Shown here piece by piece: positions 11,862 to 22,553 of a stretch of 64,000 bases of DNA. Both the position numbers and the translations under genes were made by a program. Where the stretch lies: assembly GCA_965195345.1 (NCBI GenBank), contig OZ239628.1, forward strand, positions 1,248,001 to 1,312,000, written 5' to 3'. Each line of letters starts with the position of its first letter. Within the stretch, counting starts at the first letter, position 1. This DNA is from an uncultured Thiomicrospira sp. Its GTDB lineage: Bacteria; Pseudomonadota; Gammaproteobacteria; CAKMZV01. The notes under the pieces were generated by a model. The model did no database searches and had not been told where the DNA came from. It saw only the letters and a list, made by a program, of their open reading frames with translations.

Positions 11862-13340
11862 CTATTCTGTTAGCAACAATCCTTTAATTACTTTCAGGTT
11901 TCTTACTATAGGTATTACCCCAATTTTCTTATTCGTTTTTACTTCTGCGTATTTTTGTGCTTGCGAATAGGAAGGAAAATAGTATCCAGATAAAACAAAA
12001 TAATCATCATATTGATATATCAAACAATTATCACTTAATTTCACATGTTTACGTGTTTTTTCAACAACATCCCTCTTGAGAGAACTGGCAAACTGTAAAA
12101 TGTATCCTGTCTTTGGTAAATCTTTTAACCATTTTTTTCCCAAAAGAAAGCGCACATTATTTTTTCTCTCTTCGATTGCTGTTTCATTGTGATTCTTTGA
12201 CGTTGACTTTTCTTTCCTTTTCTTAGTGCCCTGATCCGCTTCTAAATTTTCATTGCCTTTATTCAATGCAATTGATTGAAGGATAGGAAATTCAGGAATA
12301 GGAGGTTGCTCAATAGGAGTTATATTTTTTTGATCATCATACGGTAAGACAGTTTTTAGTAAGTTGTAGGCTGGTGTATAGCCTTGCTGAGATGCCTTAT
12401 TCAACCATGCTACTGCTGTTTTTTGGTCTGCAGTCACTAATTTGCCATGCAAGTAAAGCACGCCTAATTGGAATTGAGCTTCTGAATGACCGCGTTGCCC
12501 TGAATCACGCAGTACTTCAATCGCAAGAGGAATTGATTTTTCATTGTTAAACAACAGTTGCGAAAGAATAAATAATGATTCTCTATCTGCTTGTTTTTTT
12601 TCCAATTCATTCAATAAAAAATCCTTGATGATCTCGTCATGCGCAGGATCTCCTTGATGCACAAAGGATTTGATTATGCTTAACCTATCAACGACATCAG
12701 ATTCACTCAATACCCGATTTAGCCAAAATCCATCTATACCATTTGCGGTAGTTTTAAACTGCGTGCTCTGATAGTGGCGGATTAACCAGAGCTGTGCTTT
12801 TGTAAAACCAAGCTCCGCTAAAGGTAAGATTAAACCTTCTGCTTCTGCACTTTGTGTGCTTTTTTGCAGTGCGTTTGCTTCCTCTAAGCTTAAAGTCAGT
12901 AAATCTTTAAATTGAGTGCGCGCATCAATATAGCCATTGCTAATTGCTTTATCAAGCCAAAACTTCGCCTTTCTGGCGCTTTTTGTCAAACCATTTCCAA
13001 CAATATAGGCTTTTGCAAGCCTTGCTTGCGAGGCGCCGTCATTAGCCAAGGCTGCGTAATAGCTCCACTTTAGAGTTTCTTCTATGTGTTTACCGTCTAA
13101 ATAATTCCCATACAATCTGCTCAAAGCTATCTGAGCACTAACAACGCCTTTTAGAGCTAATGACCTATAGTGAATGATCGCTTCATCATCTTTTCCTGAT
13201 AATATTGCATTACGTGCTTTAGACAAATCTTGCAGAGCATTTACAGATAATTGCTGTTTTTCTATAGGAGCTAAATGATCTATAAAATCGGCATGTGCAG
13301 AGACTGCTAACAGACATAACAGAATATTAAAAATTCTCAT
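11862..13340 (-). CDS. Secreted Sel1-repeat protein with C-terminal SPOR/DamX-like domain
   Basis: Signal peptide (SAHA); Sel1 repeats such as GHSEAQFQLGVLYLHGKLV..AVAWLNKASQQG; C-terminal WL..LP..GYILQF..Y.VLSG.F.SYSQA. Confidence 0.7.
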   Translation of the reverse strand: MRIFNILLCLLAVSAHADFIDHLAPIEKQQLSVNALQDLSKARNAILSGKDDEAIIHYRSLALKGVVSAQIALSRLYGNYLDGKHIEETLKWSYYAALANDGASQARLAKAYIVGNGLTKSARKAKFWLDKAISNGYIDARTQFKDLLTLSLEEANALQKSTQSAEAEGLILPLAELGFTKAQLWLIRHYQSTQFKTTANGIDGFWLNRVLSESDVVDRLSIIKSFVHQGDPAHDEIIKDFLLNELEKKQADRESLFILSQLLFNNEKSIPLAIEVLRDSGQRGHSEAQFQLGVLYLHGKLVTADQKTAVAWLNKASQQGYTPAYNLLKTVLPYDDQKNITPIEQPPIPEFPILQSIALNKGNENLEADQGTKKRKEKSTSKNHNETAIEERKNNVRFLLGKKWLKDLPKTGYILQFASSLKRDVVEKTRKHVKLSDNCLIYQYDDYFVLSGYYFPSYSQAQKYAEVKTNKKIGVIPIVRNLKVIKGLLLTE

Positions 13341-14077
13341 TGCATGAACATTCCGCCATTAACATGTAGCGTTTGACCCGTAATATAGGATGCACGATCG
13401 GATACTAAAAATTGCACTGCATTAGCAATGTCTTTTGGGTCACCCAATCGAGATATAGGAATATTTTCAAGCAATGTTTGCTTTTGAGCATCGCTTAACG
13501 CTTTGGTCATGTCCGTATCTATGAATCCAGGTGCAACGCTATTAACTGTGATATTACGAGACCCCACTTCACGTGCTAATGAACGAGTGAATCCATTGAT
13601 TCCTGCTTTGGCGGCAGCGTAATTAGTCTGCCCAGCATTGCCTATAGAACCAACCACTGAAGTAATCGACACGATGCGTCCAAAACGCGCCTTCATCATT
13701 GAACGCAAACACGCTTTAGAAAGAAGAAATACGGAACGCAGATTGGTTTGCATCATACTATCCCATTCATCTTCGCTCATACGCATCAATAAGTTGTCAC
13801 GGGTAATTCCTGCATTGTTGATCAAAATTTCTGGCATGTCACCAAAGTCTTTCGCGAATGAATCAAGCGTTGCCTCAATTGACTTTGTATTACAAACTTC
13901 AAGAGGATATCCTTTTGCATTCTGTTGTATCGCTGATAATCTTTTTTCAATATTAACCGATCCTTCAAGAGTTGTTGCTGTGCCCGCGACAAAATGCCCA
14001 TCCGCCGCCAATAAATCAGAAATAGCAGCACCTATTCCTCGACTTGCTCCAGTTATTAATATTCTTTTTTCATCCAT
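13337..14077 (-). CDS. fabG: 3-oxoacyl-ACP reductase
   Basis: TGASRGIG, NNAGITRDNLLMRM, GNAGQTNYAAAKAG, GQTLHVNGGM. Confidence 0.97.
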   Translation of the reverse strand: MDEKRILITGASRGIGAAISDLLAADGHFVAGTATTLEGSVNIEKRLSAIQQNAKGYPLEVCNTKSIEATLDSFAKDFGDMPEILINNAGITRDNLLMRMSEDEWDSMMQTNLRSVFLLSKACLRSMMKARFGRIVSITSVVGSIGNAGQTNYAAAKAGINGFTRSLAREVGSRNITVNSVAPGFIDTDMTKALSDAQKQTLLENIPISRLGDPKDIANAVQFLVSDRASYITGQTLHVNGGMFMQ

Positions 14078-14138
14078 TAGATTCCTCTGAATTACATTGT
14101 TTCTTTTTAATTTTTATTTAACGACTGAGATTATATCT

Positions 14139-14825
14139 TCATCCTCTTTTAAACCTATCTTCGTCTTGCATAATCAGCACCAAATCATTAACGATTTTTT
14201 CAACCTCATCGGATTGCTCCAAAAAATATGCAATCAAACTCCCTTCTGAGTTTATAAGATACAAAGTGGCGGAATGATTAATCGTATATTTATCTTTAAT
14301 CGCATCAGGCACATGTTCGTAGTTTTTGATAACTACGGATTGACCATTAATGTCGAAGATCCGTTGATGTACTACACCTAATGCTGCAGTTAAAATATTA
14401 AGCTGATTTATTTGTCCTGTCGCAGCAGAAAAGTTTTCATTAAAAAAATGCACATAGTCACCCAAATCCTCAAGATTATCTCGTTGAGGATCCAGCGAAA
14501 TAAACGTTATTTTAGGAATTGGATTCTGTTCCATTTCCTGCATTTTTTTATATATATTTGAAAGTGTTTGTAACCCTGTAGGGCAAACATCAGGGCATGA
14601 GGCAAATCCAAAAAAAATCAAGTCCCACTGACCTTTCAAATTCTGCAAATTCATGTTTTGCCCATCGGCATACTTTAGAGAAAAGTTAGGAATTTCTTTC
14701 CCTTTTTGCAATTTGGTAGCATTGTATAGTTGAACATCTTTTCCAGATTTTAACCAGATACTTCCTACGCCAACGAGCACAGCAAATAGAGTAATAAAAA
14801 CAACAATGAAAGATTTTTTCTTCAT
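14139..14825 (-). CDS. SCO1/SenC family copper chaperone
   Basis: N-terminal TM anchor, FFGFASCPDVCP, DPQRD, YTINHS. Confidence 0.93.
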   Translation of the reverse strand: MKKKSFIVVFITLFAVLVGVGSIWLKSGKDVQLYNATKLQKGKEIPNFSLKYADGQNMNLQNLKGQWDLIFFGFASCPDVCPTGLQTLSNIYKKMQEMEQNPIPKITFISLDPQRDNLEDLGDYVHFFNENFSAATGQINQLNILTAALGVVHQRIFDINGQSVVIKNYEHVPDAIKDKYTINHSATLYLINSEGSLIAYFLEQSDEVEKIVNDLVLIMQDEDRFKRG

Positions 14826-14829
14826 ATTA

Positions 14830-15285
14830 TTAATTCGGATTTTGAGTTTTTATGGGCACTTTAATATATTTATAATTGTCATCAGCAAACAATAATTTTA
14901 TCGTTACTTCTCCACTGTTTTTTTTCGCCATTTTAGGTCCTACAAGCATTACGTGCCATGAGTTTGGTTTGAATTGTAACAACGCACCATCTTCTATTTC
15001 TACATGCGCATGGTGAATCATTTGCGATTGTCCATTTTCGATACGCGTTTCGTGAATTTCTGCACGATTGAAGTCCTCTGACTCTACTCCAGTCAAAACG
15101 ACCATACTTCCACTGCCATTATATAAATCCATATACGCCGCCATTACATTAGCAGAAGGAGGAGCAGCGCGAATCCACGCTTGTCTCACTTCAACCTCTT
15201 TTTTTGAACACGCAGTCAATAAAATGCTAATAACAAAAAGTACTACCGTTTTAGTCATTCTACGCTTACTCACTTTACGTCTCAC
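14830..15285 (-). CDS. PCu(A)C copper chaperone lipoprotein
   Basis: Lipobox LTAC; AWIRA.PP, AAYM, EIHET..M..HVML motif; adjacent to SCO. Confidence 0.9.
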   Translation of the reverse strand: MRRKVSKRRMTKTVVLFVISILLTACSKKEVEVRQAWIRAAPPSANVMAAYMDLYNGSGSMVVLTGVESEDFNRAEIHETRIENGQSQMIHHAHVEIEDGALLQFKPNSWHVMLVGPKMAKKNSGEVTIKLLFADDNYKYIKVPIKTQNPN

Positions 15286-15327
15286 TCATTTTAGTGAAAT
15301 ATTTATCGTATTTTGTTCTATAAGAAG

Positions 15328-16173
15328 TTACATTATTTGCAATGATAGATCAATCGCTTGAATATTTTTAGTTATTGCTCCAACCGATATAAAATCAACA
15401 CCCGTTTCTGCAATAGCAACTATATTGGTTTCATCAATATTACCAGAAACTTCAAGCTTTGCCCTACCATTAACTTTATCAACTGCGATACAAATATCTT
15501 CTTTTTTGAAATTATCCAGCATTATGTGTTCAACGCCATACGACAAGCACTCTGCTAACTGCTCAAACGTTTCAACTTCTACCATTAGTTTAATTGAAGG
15601 ATGCTTAGCTCTAATTCGATCTACACAAGCACCGATACTACCGCAAGTTTTAATATGATTTTCCTTGAGGAGTACAGCATCATAAAGCCCCATACGATGA
15701 TTAACGCCTCCTCCACAACGAACTGCATATTTTTGTAACACCCGAAACCCTGGGATTGTTTTACGCGTATCCAAAAGTTTGCATTTTGTATGTGCTATCA
15801 TTTTCACAAGGTTATTTGTGGCTGTCGCTGTGGCCGAAAGCAACTGCAATCCATTCAAAGCAATACGTTCTGTTGAAAGTAAAGCCTGTCCATATGATTC
15901 TATATTGCACAATATACTGTTCGCATTGGAACTGTCGCCATCATTAGTTTTCCATAGAAAAATAGCGGTAGAATCAAAATGACGAATGGCTGCTTCAAAC
16001 CAAAAAGCGCCACTTAATATGCACGGGTCTCTTGTAATAACCTTGGCTTTTACCCGTTGGTTATCACAAACTTCTACATTTGGATCATATGCTTTTGCAC
16101 CTAAATCCTCCAAAAATGCCAAATCAAGCAAAGTTTGCCAGTGTGTTATTGAAGGTGTTTTTATAACTGCCAT
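15328..16173 (-). CDS. nadC: Quinolinate phosphoribosyltransferase
   Basis: ERIALN, DTRKTIPG, NHRMGLYDAVLLKENH, EVEV-like, MLDNF, SVGAITK. Confidence 0.96.
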   Translation of the reverse strand: MAVIKTPSITHWQTLLDLAFLEDLGAKAYDPNVEVCDNQRVKAKVITRDPCILSGAFWFEAAIRHFDSTAIFLWKTNDGDSSNANSILCNIESYGQALLSTERIALNGLQLLSATATATNNLVKMIAHTKCKLLDTRKTIPGFRVLQKYAVRCGGGVNHRMGLYDAVLLKENHIKTCGSIGACVDRIRAKHPSIKLMVEVETFEQLAECLSYGVEHIMLDNFKKEDICIAVDKVNGRAKLEVSGNIDETNIVAIAETGVDFISVGAITKNIQAIDLSLQIM

Positions 16174-16198
16174 ATAATACCATGCCTAAAATTTAAGG

Positions 16199-18400
16199 CT
16201 ATTCAACAACTATTGAATTTACGTTAGTAAATCCTCTGGGTAAAGAGTGTCCACGCTTACCACGAGAAGAAACTATTCCCTCAACATCCTTCCACATTAA
16301 GCGTAGTTTGCGGCGACCAGCATGGAGAATTATGGAGTTTTCCATGGAAAAACTAGCAACATGAATGACCCGCTCATCATCTTTAAACTTGACGCCCATT
16401 AACTTAGTACCCCTACCTCGATTAATTTGGGTCAACGCATCAACAGAAAAAACAAGATAACGCCCACTGCTTGAAACAGTAATGATGTGCGAATGATTAT
16501 CTTGTAACTTAATCGGTTTAAGAAGTATTGTACTAAGAGCCTTATTAACGATTTGCTTACCATTACGTGTCTTACTCAATAAAGCCGCATAAGGAACGAT
16601 GAAGCCATAAGCATCTTCAGTGCATAACAAATAGCGTGCACTTTCGTCGTCGATGAGCAAATTCTCAAAATACACATTCTCATTTATATTAATTCGCCCC
16701 GTTAACGGTTCACCGTAACCACGTGCGGATGGTAAATCTACGGCTGAAATGGTATAGCTTTTTCCTTCATTATCAATCAGGACAACTTTTTGATTAGTAC
16801 GTCCTTTTGCTTGACATAAGAATTTATCGTCCCCTCTGTACGAAATTTTTTCGCCTTCTATTTCTCCTTTCCCCCCACGTATCCATCCTTTCTTGGAGAG
16901 CACTACAGTTAGTGGTTCGGAAGGTGTTAGCACGTCGCTATTTAAAGCGATCGCTCTTTGCCGCTCAACAAGCTGAGTGCGACGATCATCGCCGTATCGG
17001 GTAATTATTGATTCAAGTTCTTTACGCATGAGCGTGGTTAGTCTTTTTTCAGATGATAATAATGCTTCAAGTATCTGCTTTTCCGCATTCAATTTTTCGC
17101 TCTCTTCTTCAATCTTAATTTGTTCTAACTTTGCCAATTGACGAAGACGAATTTCAAGAATCGCAGTCGCTTGTTTTTCACTCAATTTAAAACGTTCTAC
17201 TAATCGCGCTTTTGGGTCGTCAGATTCTCGAATAATAGCAATAACTTCATCAAGATTTAAATATGCAATCAGCAATCCCTGCAGCACATGCAACCTTTCA
17301 TCCACATAATTGAGACGATATTGCAATCGGTTACGAATGGTTTTACGTCGATAGTCCAACCATTCGTGCAAAACCATTAATAGCGGTTTTACTTGTGGAC
17401 GCCCATCCAAACCAATCATATTTAAATTCACACGGTAACTTTTTTCCAGATCAGTACTCGCAAATAAATGCGACATTAATTTCTCACAATCCACGCGAGA
17501 TGAACGCAAAACAAGCACTAATCGAACGGGATGATTCTCATCTGATTCATCGCGCACATCCTCTATCCATGGGATTTTCTTATCGCGCATTTGTGCCGCT
17601 ATTTGTGTAAGCAGCTTGGATGTGGAAACTTGCCAAGGCAGTGCAGAAATTATAATTTCGCTTTTATTATCCTGATAAATAGCACGCACTCGAAACTGTC
17701 CGTTACCAGTCAAATACATTTGCTTAATATCCGCTTTGGACGTAATAATCTCTCCGCCAGTAGGTAGGTCAGGAGCAGGCAATATTGCCATAATTTCGTG
17801 AAGTTCCATACTTGGATTCTTTAGCAATGCTATGCAGGCGTTTAATACTTCCGTAAGATTATGTGGTGGTATATCGGTAGACATGCCAACTGCAATACCA
17901 CTTCCACCATTAAGAAGAATGTTGGGTGTTTGCGCAGGTAATAATCGAGGTTCATCCACAGTACCATCAAAATTCGCAACCCATTCAACCGTTCCCTGCC
18001 CAGTTTCGCTTAATAACAAATCAGCATAGGCAGATAAGCGTGCCTCTGTATAACGCATAGCAGCAAAGGATTTAGGGTCGTCTAAAGCACCCCAATTGCC
18101 TTGACCATCGATTAAGCAGTAACGATAAGAAAATGGTTGCGCCATGAGCACCATAGCTTCATAGCAAGCAGAATCACCATGGGGATGAAACTTGCCAAGA
18201 ACGTCTCCCACCGTACGTGCCGATTTTTTGTGTTTTGAAGTACTACGAAGTCCAAGTTCACTCATGGCGTATATGATACGCCTTTGTACAGGCTTCAACC
18301 CATCAGCTATATGCGGCAGTGCACGATCAAGTATGACGTACATGGCATAGTCTAAGTATGATTTTTCAGTAAATGTGCTTAATGCAATGCGCTCTGTCAT
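16199..18400 (-). CDS. parC: DNA topoisomerase IV subunit A
   Basis: [42 protein letters not shown]. Confidence 0.97.
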   Translation of the reverse strand: MTERIALSTFTEKSYLDYAMYVILDRALPHIADGLKPVQRRIIYAMSELGLRSTSKHKKSARTVGDVLGKFHPHGDSACYEAMVLMAQPFSYRYCLIDGQGNWGALDDPKSFAAMRYTEARLSAYADLLLSETGQGTVEWVANFDGTVDEPRLLPAQTPNILLNGGSGIAVGMSTDIPPHNLTEVLNACIALLKNPSMELHEIMAILPAPDLPTGGEIITSKADIKQMYLTGNGQFRVRAIYQDNKSEIIISALPWQVSTSKLLTQIAAQMRDKKIPWIEDVRDESDENHPVRLVLVLRSSRVDCEKLMSHLFASTDLEKSYRVNLNMIGLDGRPQVKPLLMVLHEWLDYRRKTIRNRLQYRLNYVDERLHVLQGLLIAYLNLDEVIAIIRESDDPKARLVERFKLSEKQATAILEIRLRQLAKLEQIKIEEESEKLNAEKQILEALLSSEKRLTTLMRKELESIITRYGDDRRTQLVERQRAIALNSDVLTPSEPLTVVLSKKGWIRGGKGEIEGEKISYRGDDKFLCQAKGRTNQKVVLIDNEGKSYTISAVDLPSARGYGEPLTGRININENVYFENLLIDDESARYLLCTEDAYGFIVPYAALLSKTRNGKQIVNKALSTILLKPIKLQDNHSHIITVSSSGRYLVFSVDALTQINRGRGTKLMGVKFKDDERVIHVASFSMENSIILHAGRRKLRLMWKDVEGIVSSRGKRGHSLPRGFTNVNSIVVE

Positions 18401-18649
18401 TATGTTTCTGGGAAAAAGCTGTATTCTACAATACTCGTTTCTGTATCACTACCCTTCATTAAATCATTCATCAAAAACCCAAAGGAAAGCATATTCATTC
18501 AGAAGTCTCAAATGCCATAAGGCTGTACCAAGATTGCAATATTGAATAGATAGGATGATTTAGTCATGCCTTGTATTTTTTGATTATTAAAAGTAGAATT
18601 GATGCGAATCAACAACAGAAATTAATGTGCAAAATTAGAATGGAGAAAT

Positions 18650-19084
18650 ATGATAGAAAGTGTCACCGAAAACAATATAGATGAAATACTACCATTGATT
18701 CGTCAATATCAAGCGTTTTATAAAGTGAAAAACATATCAGACGTTGCTAATAGAGCTTTTTTCTCTCAATTTCATGAGGATCACTCACATGGCAGTCAAT
18801 TTCTTTTTCGCATTGATGATAGAGCCGTTGGTTTTGCAACATTGTATCTGACTTATAAGTCATCTACTCCCTGCATGATAGGTGTTATGAATGATTTGTT
18901 TACAGTACGCGAGGCGCGAGGCAAAGGCGTCGGGCGCGCATTGATTGAGCATTGTAAGAAATTCGCGATTAAAAAAGGTGCACAACAGATTGTATGGAAT
19001 ACCGCCCCGACCAATAAAAAAGCACAAATTTTATATGACTCAATTAGTACAGAAAAATCAACTTGGGTCAGATACGCGTATTAA
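18650..19084 (+). CDS. GNAT family N-acetyltransferase
   Basis: NDLFT..ARGKGVGRALI acetyl-CoA motif; N.KAQ.LY. Confidence 0.9.
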   Translation: MIESVTENNIDEILPLIRQYQAFYKVKNISDVANRAFFSQFHEDHSHGSQFLFRIDDRAVGFATLYLTYKSSTPCMIGVMNDLFTVREARGKGVGRALIEHCKKFAIKKGAQQIVWNTAPTNKKAQILYDSISTEKSTWVRYAY

Positions 19085-19160
19085 GAAATCAATAAACTAA
19101 AAGCTGCCCCCTTTCCATTATTAACAACCGCCGAAATATAAGAGATATGATTAGAGAATT

Positions 19161-19361
19161 ATGAATAGCATTAATAAATTTTGTCCTCGTTCATCTAAAG
19201 CAGTATCTAAAGACGCATTAGCTGAATACAAAGGTGTTATTGTTGGTTTCTGCAACTTAGGCTGTAGGGATGATTTTTTACAAAACCATCCATTTTCAGA
19301 TTGCCGATATTTTGATGCTATTATTCAAGAAAATGAAATAGTAACGTCAGATACTCTCTAA
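19161..19361 (+). CDS. Small YHS-like domain protein
   Basis: IN..CP.S.K.V....L..YKG..VGFCN.GCRDDF pattern; co-oriented with the GST. Confidence 0.7.
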   Translation: MNSINKFCPRSSKAVSKDALAEYKGVIVGFCNLGCRDDFLQNHPFSDCRYFDAIIQENEIVTSDTL

Positions 19362-19387
19362 CTTTTAAAGCGTATTCGGAGATTTTT

Positions 19388-19990
19388 ATGAAAGTGTTTG
19401 GAGATTATAGATCGGGAAATTGTTATAAGATTCAACTAACTGCTGATTTATTAGGGATAGATTACGAATGGGTGGATGTTGATATTCTTAAAAAAGAGAA
19501 TCAATCGACTGACTATCTAAACATGAACCCTGCTGGTCAAATCCCCATCGTCATGTTAGACGATGGAGAGATTCTAAGCGAGTCAAATGCCATTATAAAT
19601 TTCCTTGCTGCAGATTCTTGGTTATTACCCAAAGATCCCCTGCTCTTAGCTAAAGTTCAACAATGGCAGTTTTTTGAACAATATTCACACGAGCCTTGCG
19701 TTGCTGTTGCACGATTCATTAAGCATTATTTGGAGCTGCCAGACGACAAAAGAAATGCATGGGAAAAAGCAATAGAAAAAGGTTATAAAGCACTTACTAT
19801 AATGGAGAATGCATTGGAAGGAAAAAATTATTTGGTAAACAATCAATTAAGCATCGCAGACATTACCTTATTTGCCTACACGCATGTTGCATGCGAAGGC
19901 GGGTTTGACTTGTCAAATTACCACGCAGTGTGTCACTGGATTGGACGTGTTAAATCACATCCGCGATTTAGTCCGATGAAGGCACAATAA
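19388..19990 (+). CDS. Glutathione S-transferase family protein
   Basis: SGNCYK, NPAGQIP, LSESNAI, FFEQYSHEP, SIADITL. Confidence 0.93.
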   Translation: MKVFGDYRSGNCYKIQLTADLLGIDYEWVDVDILKKENQSTDYLNMNPAGQIPIVMLDDGEILSESNAIINFLAADSWLLPKDPLLLAKVQQWQFFEQYSHEPCVAVARFIKHYLELPDDKRNAWEKAIEKGYKALTIMENALEGKNYLVNNQLSIADITLFAYTHVACEGGFDLSNYHAVCHWIGRVKSHPRFSPMKAQ

Positions 19991-20018
19991 ATTCACTATT
20001 TAATTCTTATTTTGTAAC

Positions 20019-21176
20019 ATGAATGCGTGTAAGTTGTATTCTCAAAAACTTTTCAAATCTATCAATGCGATGAAGTCTATTAATTTTGGATTATTTTTCT
20101 TCATCTTTCTATTGCTCTCACCGGCAACAAAGGCCGCGTCTGAGCATGATTTTTACACTGCTTATGCTTCTCAAGTGGAATACCCTGAATTATCAAAAGA
20201 ACTCATTCAAGATATGATTCTTAAAATGATCGTAAAAACAACGGGTAATAAAAATTTAAGGTTTAACGCTGAAGTTCAAAAAGCAATTAAAAAGGTTAAC
20301 ATAGAATTTGTTAATCGCCATCAAATAATTAAAGATCAAACACCCTATCAACACAAAGTTGATATTAGCCAAAGTCATTTGAATGACTTACTAGATTCAT
20401 TGAATTTAATACAATGGCCTATTCCCAGACCGCTTACTATCATATGGATGGTGTTAGAGAACAGTTCAGGCGAGCAAACAGTTATTTCAGATCGAAACAT
20501 TCTTAAAACTTGGGAAAATACTTTGCAGAAAGTTGAGATGGCTAGAGGTGTGCAGTTTATATTGCCAATATCCTCTTTGTTAGAACTCCAGACCATACAA
20601 TCCAATCAAATTCTCTCAGATAACGACAACTCTTTTCTCAAATTGAGCAAAGCCTATCCTGTCAAACAGTCGTTGATAGTTGTTATAAAACAACAACCTC
20701 AAAATTGGGGTTTCAAATGGCATTTTTATGGCTTAGATGATTTGCTGATTAAAAAAGGTCAATTTTATATAGAAAAAATAAATCAAGGAATTTCAAGAGT
20801 AGCAGATAAGGCAGTAGATTTAACATTGTTAAGCGAACACAGTATGTTGAGCAAGGAGCGTAAAATTTTCCTTGACGTTAGCAATGTATATACATTTGAA
20901 GATTACCAAAAAGTAAAGAAAAGTTTGTTTAACTCTCGATGGTTGAAAGACGCATTTCTATTAGCTATTGAGCACAGCACTCTGCAATATGAGCTCATAA
21001 CTTTTGGTTCTGGAGAGGAATACATAACAAACTTGTACGCTAAAAAATTGTATGAGTGGAAAACGCAAGATGATGAACAGTTTCTGCAAGATTTTGACTC
21101 TGTCAGCACTAATACTAGCAAGACATACTTTAAATTTTCATTGAAAAATGCAACCTCCATTGAATCTTCTCCTTAA
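20019..21176 (+). CDS. DUF2066-family exported protein
   Basis: Signal peptide, VKTTG, W..PRP.T.IW, RG..F.LP; position directly upstream of hda is typical. Confidence 0.72.
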   Translation: MNACKLYSQKLFKSINAMKSINFGLFFFIFLLLSPATKAASEHDFYTAYASQVEYPELSKELIQDMILKMIVKTTGNKNLRFNAEVQKAIKKVNIEFVNRHQIIKDQTPYQHKVDISQSHLNDLLDSLNLIQWPIPRPLTIIWMVLENSSGEQTVISDRNILKTWENTLQKVEMARGVQFILPISSLLELQTIQSNQILSDNDNSFLKLSKAYPVKQSLIVVIKQQPQNWGFKWHFYGLDDLLIKKGQFYIEKINQGISRVADKAVDLTLLSEHSMLSKERKIFLDVSNVYTFEDYQKVKKSLFNSRWLKDAFLLAIEHSTLQYELITFGSGEEYITNLYAKKLYEWKTQDDEQFLQDFDSVSTNTSKTYFKFSLKNATSIESSP

Positions 21177-21816
21177 AAGGAAACATTTATTACAAGATTT
21201 TGTTTGGAGTGACGTCCTTTCACAAGGCGTTTTTTCAAGTTGGTTGCAATCATTAAACGACAAAAAATGCACACAATTACTTGTAGAAGGCGGTCCTAGT
21301 TTAGGAAAAACGCATTTATTACTTGCCGTTTGTCAACATGCTCGCAAAAACGGCTTGAGCAGTCGCTATATAGATTTATCAGATCAAACAAGCGACTTAA
21401 TCGATAACGTAACACAAGTGTATTGTTTAGATAATGTGGATGCCGTCACAAAAAACCCAGAGTTTGCCACCTCAATTGTTGATTTCATAGAGAATGCAAG
21501 AAGCAAGGATCGACATCTTATGTTTTCAATCAACAGAAACACTTCAATTGGTTTAGCTGATTTACAAACACGGCTTCACCTCGGGTTAAGTTTACGTCTT
21601 GCGAAGTTAAATAGAAATCAGAAAGTAGAAGCTTTACGAATACGCGCAAAATCTGCAGGTTTAAAAGTCAGCAATACACTTATGCAAGTTCTCGTTAATT
21701 CAGAAATGGACAACCATAAATTATTTAGCTCTTTGAGTCGTCTTGATGAGATTCAGTTGAGTAGCCATCAGCGGCTTAATCAAAGTGTTCTAGAACAACT
21801 GAATATTAAAAAATGA
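21148..21816 (+). CDS. hda: DnaA regulatory inactivator Hda
   Basis: N-terminal Q.PL clamp-binding-like motif, Walker A GKTHLL.A.C, LDNVD, LADLQTRL..GL. Confidence 0.82.
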   Translation: MQPPLNLLLKRKHLLQDFVWSDVLSQGVFSSWLQSLNDKKCTQLLVEGGPSLGKTHLLLAVCQHARKNGLSSRYIDLSDQTSDLIDNVTQVYCLDNVDAVTKNPEFATSIVDFIENARSKDRHLMFSINRNTSIGLADLQTRLHLGLSLRLAKLNRNQKVEALRIRAKSAGLKVSNTLMQVLVNSEMDNHKLFSSLSRLDEIQLSSHQRLNQSVLEQLNIKK

Positions 21817-22553
21817 GCGGCTTCTCTAAATTTTTATTAGCTATAGCACTATGCGCTTTAACGGCTTGCAGCGAGAAAAAAATATCAGAAACCCTGATCA
21901 TCGCGGTAGCCAGTAATTTTGCCCCAACACTCAAAGACATTATTGGTCTTTATGAGAGTGAAACAGGTAACTTAGTCAAAGTAAGCATTGGTTCAACAAG
22001 CAAATTATACGCACAAATTCGCAATGGAGCCCCTTACGATATTTTTTTTGCAGCAGATAACAAACATCCACGATTGCTTGAAGAAAACAACTTAATCATA
22101 AAAAACTCACGTCAAACTTACGCTTTTGGACAATTGGTTTTATGGCAATCTCAAGGAAATATAACATTGGGGCTAAATGAATTGTTGTCTGAGAAAGTAA
22201 AATACATCGCAATTGCCAACCCAAAACTTGCGCCTTATGGAGAAGCAACCAAACAAATGCTGCAAGAGGAAAACCTTTGGGACAAACTGATTAATAAATT
22301 CGTTTACGGTGAAAATATTGCTCAAACTATGCTTTTTGTAGAGTCAGAAAATGCCGACTTAGGATTTGTTGCCTTGAGCCAAGTCATAAATAGGCAAGGC
22401 AGTAAATGGGTAGTGCCTGTGCGTTATCATAATCCAATTGAGCAACAAATGGTGCAATTACGTGACAGTCCTCTCTCTAAAGATTTCTTAAAATATATGA
22501 ACAGTATCAAGGTGCGCTCTTTAATTCTTAGTCAAGGATACAAGGTGCCATGA
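21813..22553 (+). CDS. modA: Molybdate ABC transporter substrate-binding protein
   Basis: AVASNF, GSTSKLYAQIRNGAPYD, ANPKLAPYG, GENIAQ. Confidence 0.95.
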   Translation: MSGFSKFLLAIALCALTACSEKKISETLIIAVASNFAPTLKDIIGLYESETGNLVKVSIGSTSKLYAQIRNGAPYDIFFAADNKHPRLLEENNLIIKNSRQTYAFGQLVLWQSQGNITLGLNELLSEKVKYIAIANPKLAPYGEATKQMLQEENLWDKLINKFVYGENIAQTMLFVESENADLGFVALSQVINRQGSKWVVPVRYHNPIEQQMVQLRDSPLSKDFLKYMNSIKVRSLILSQGYKVP

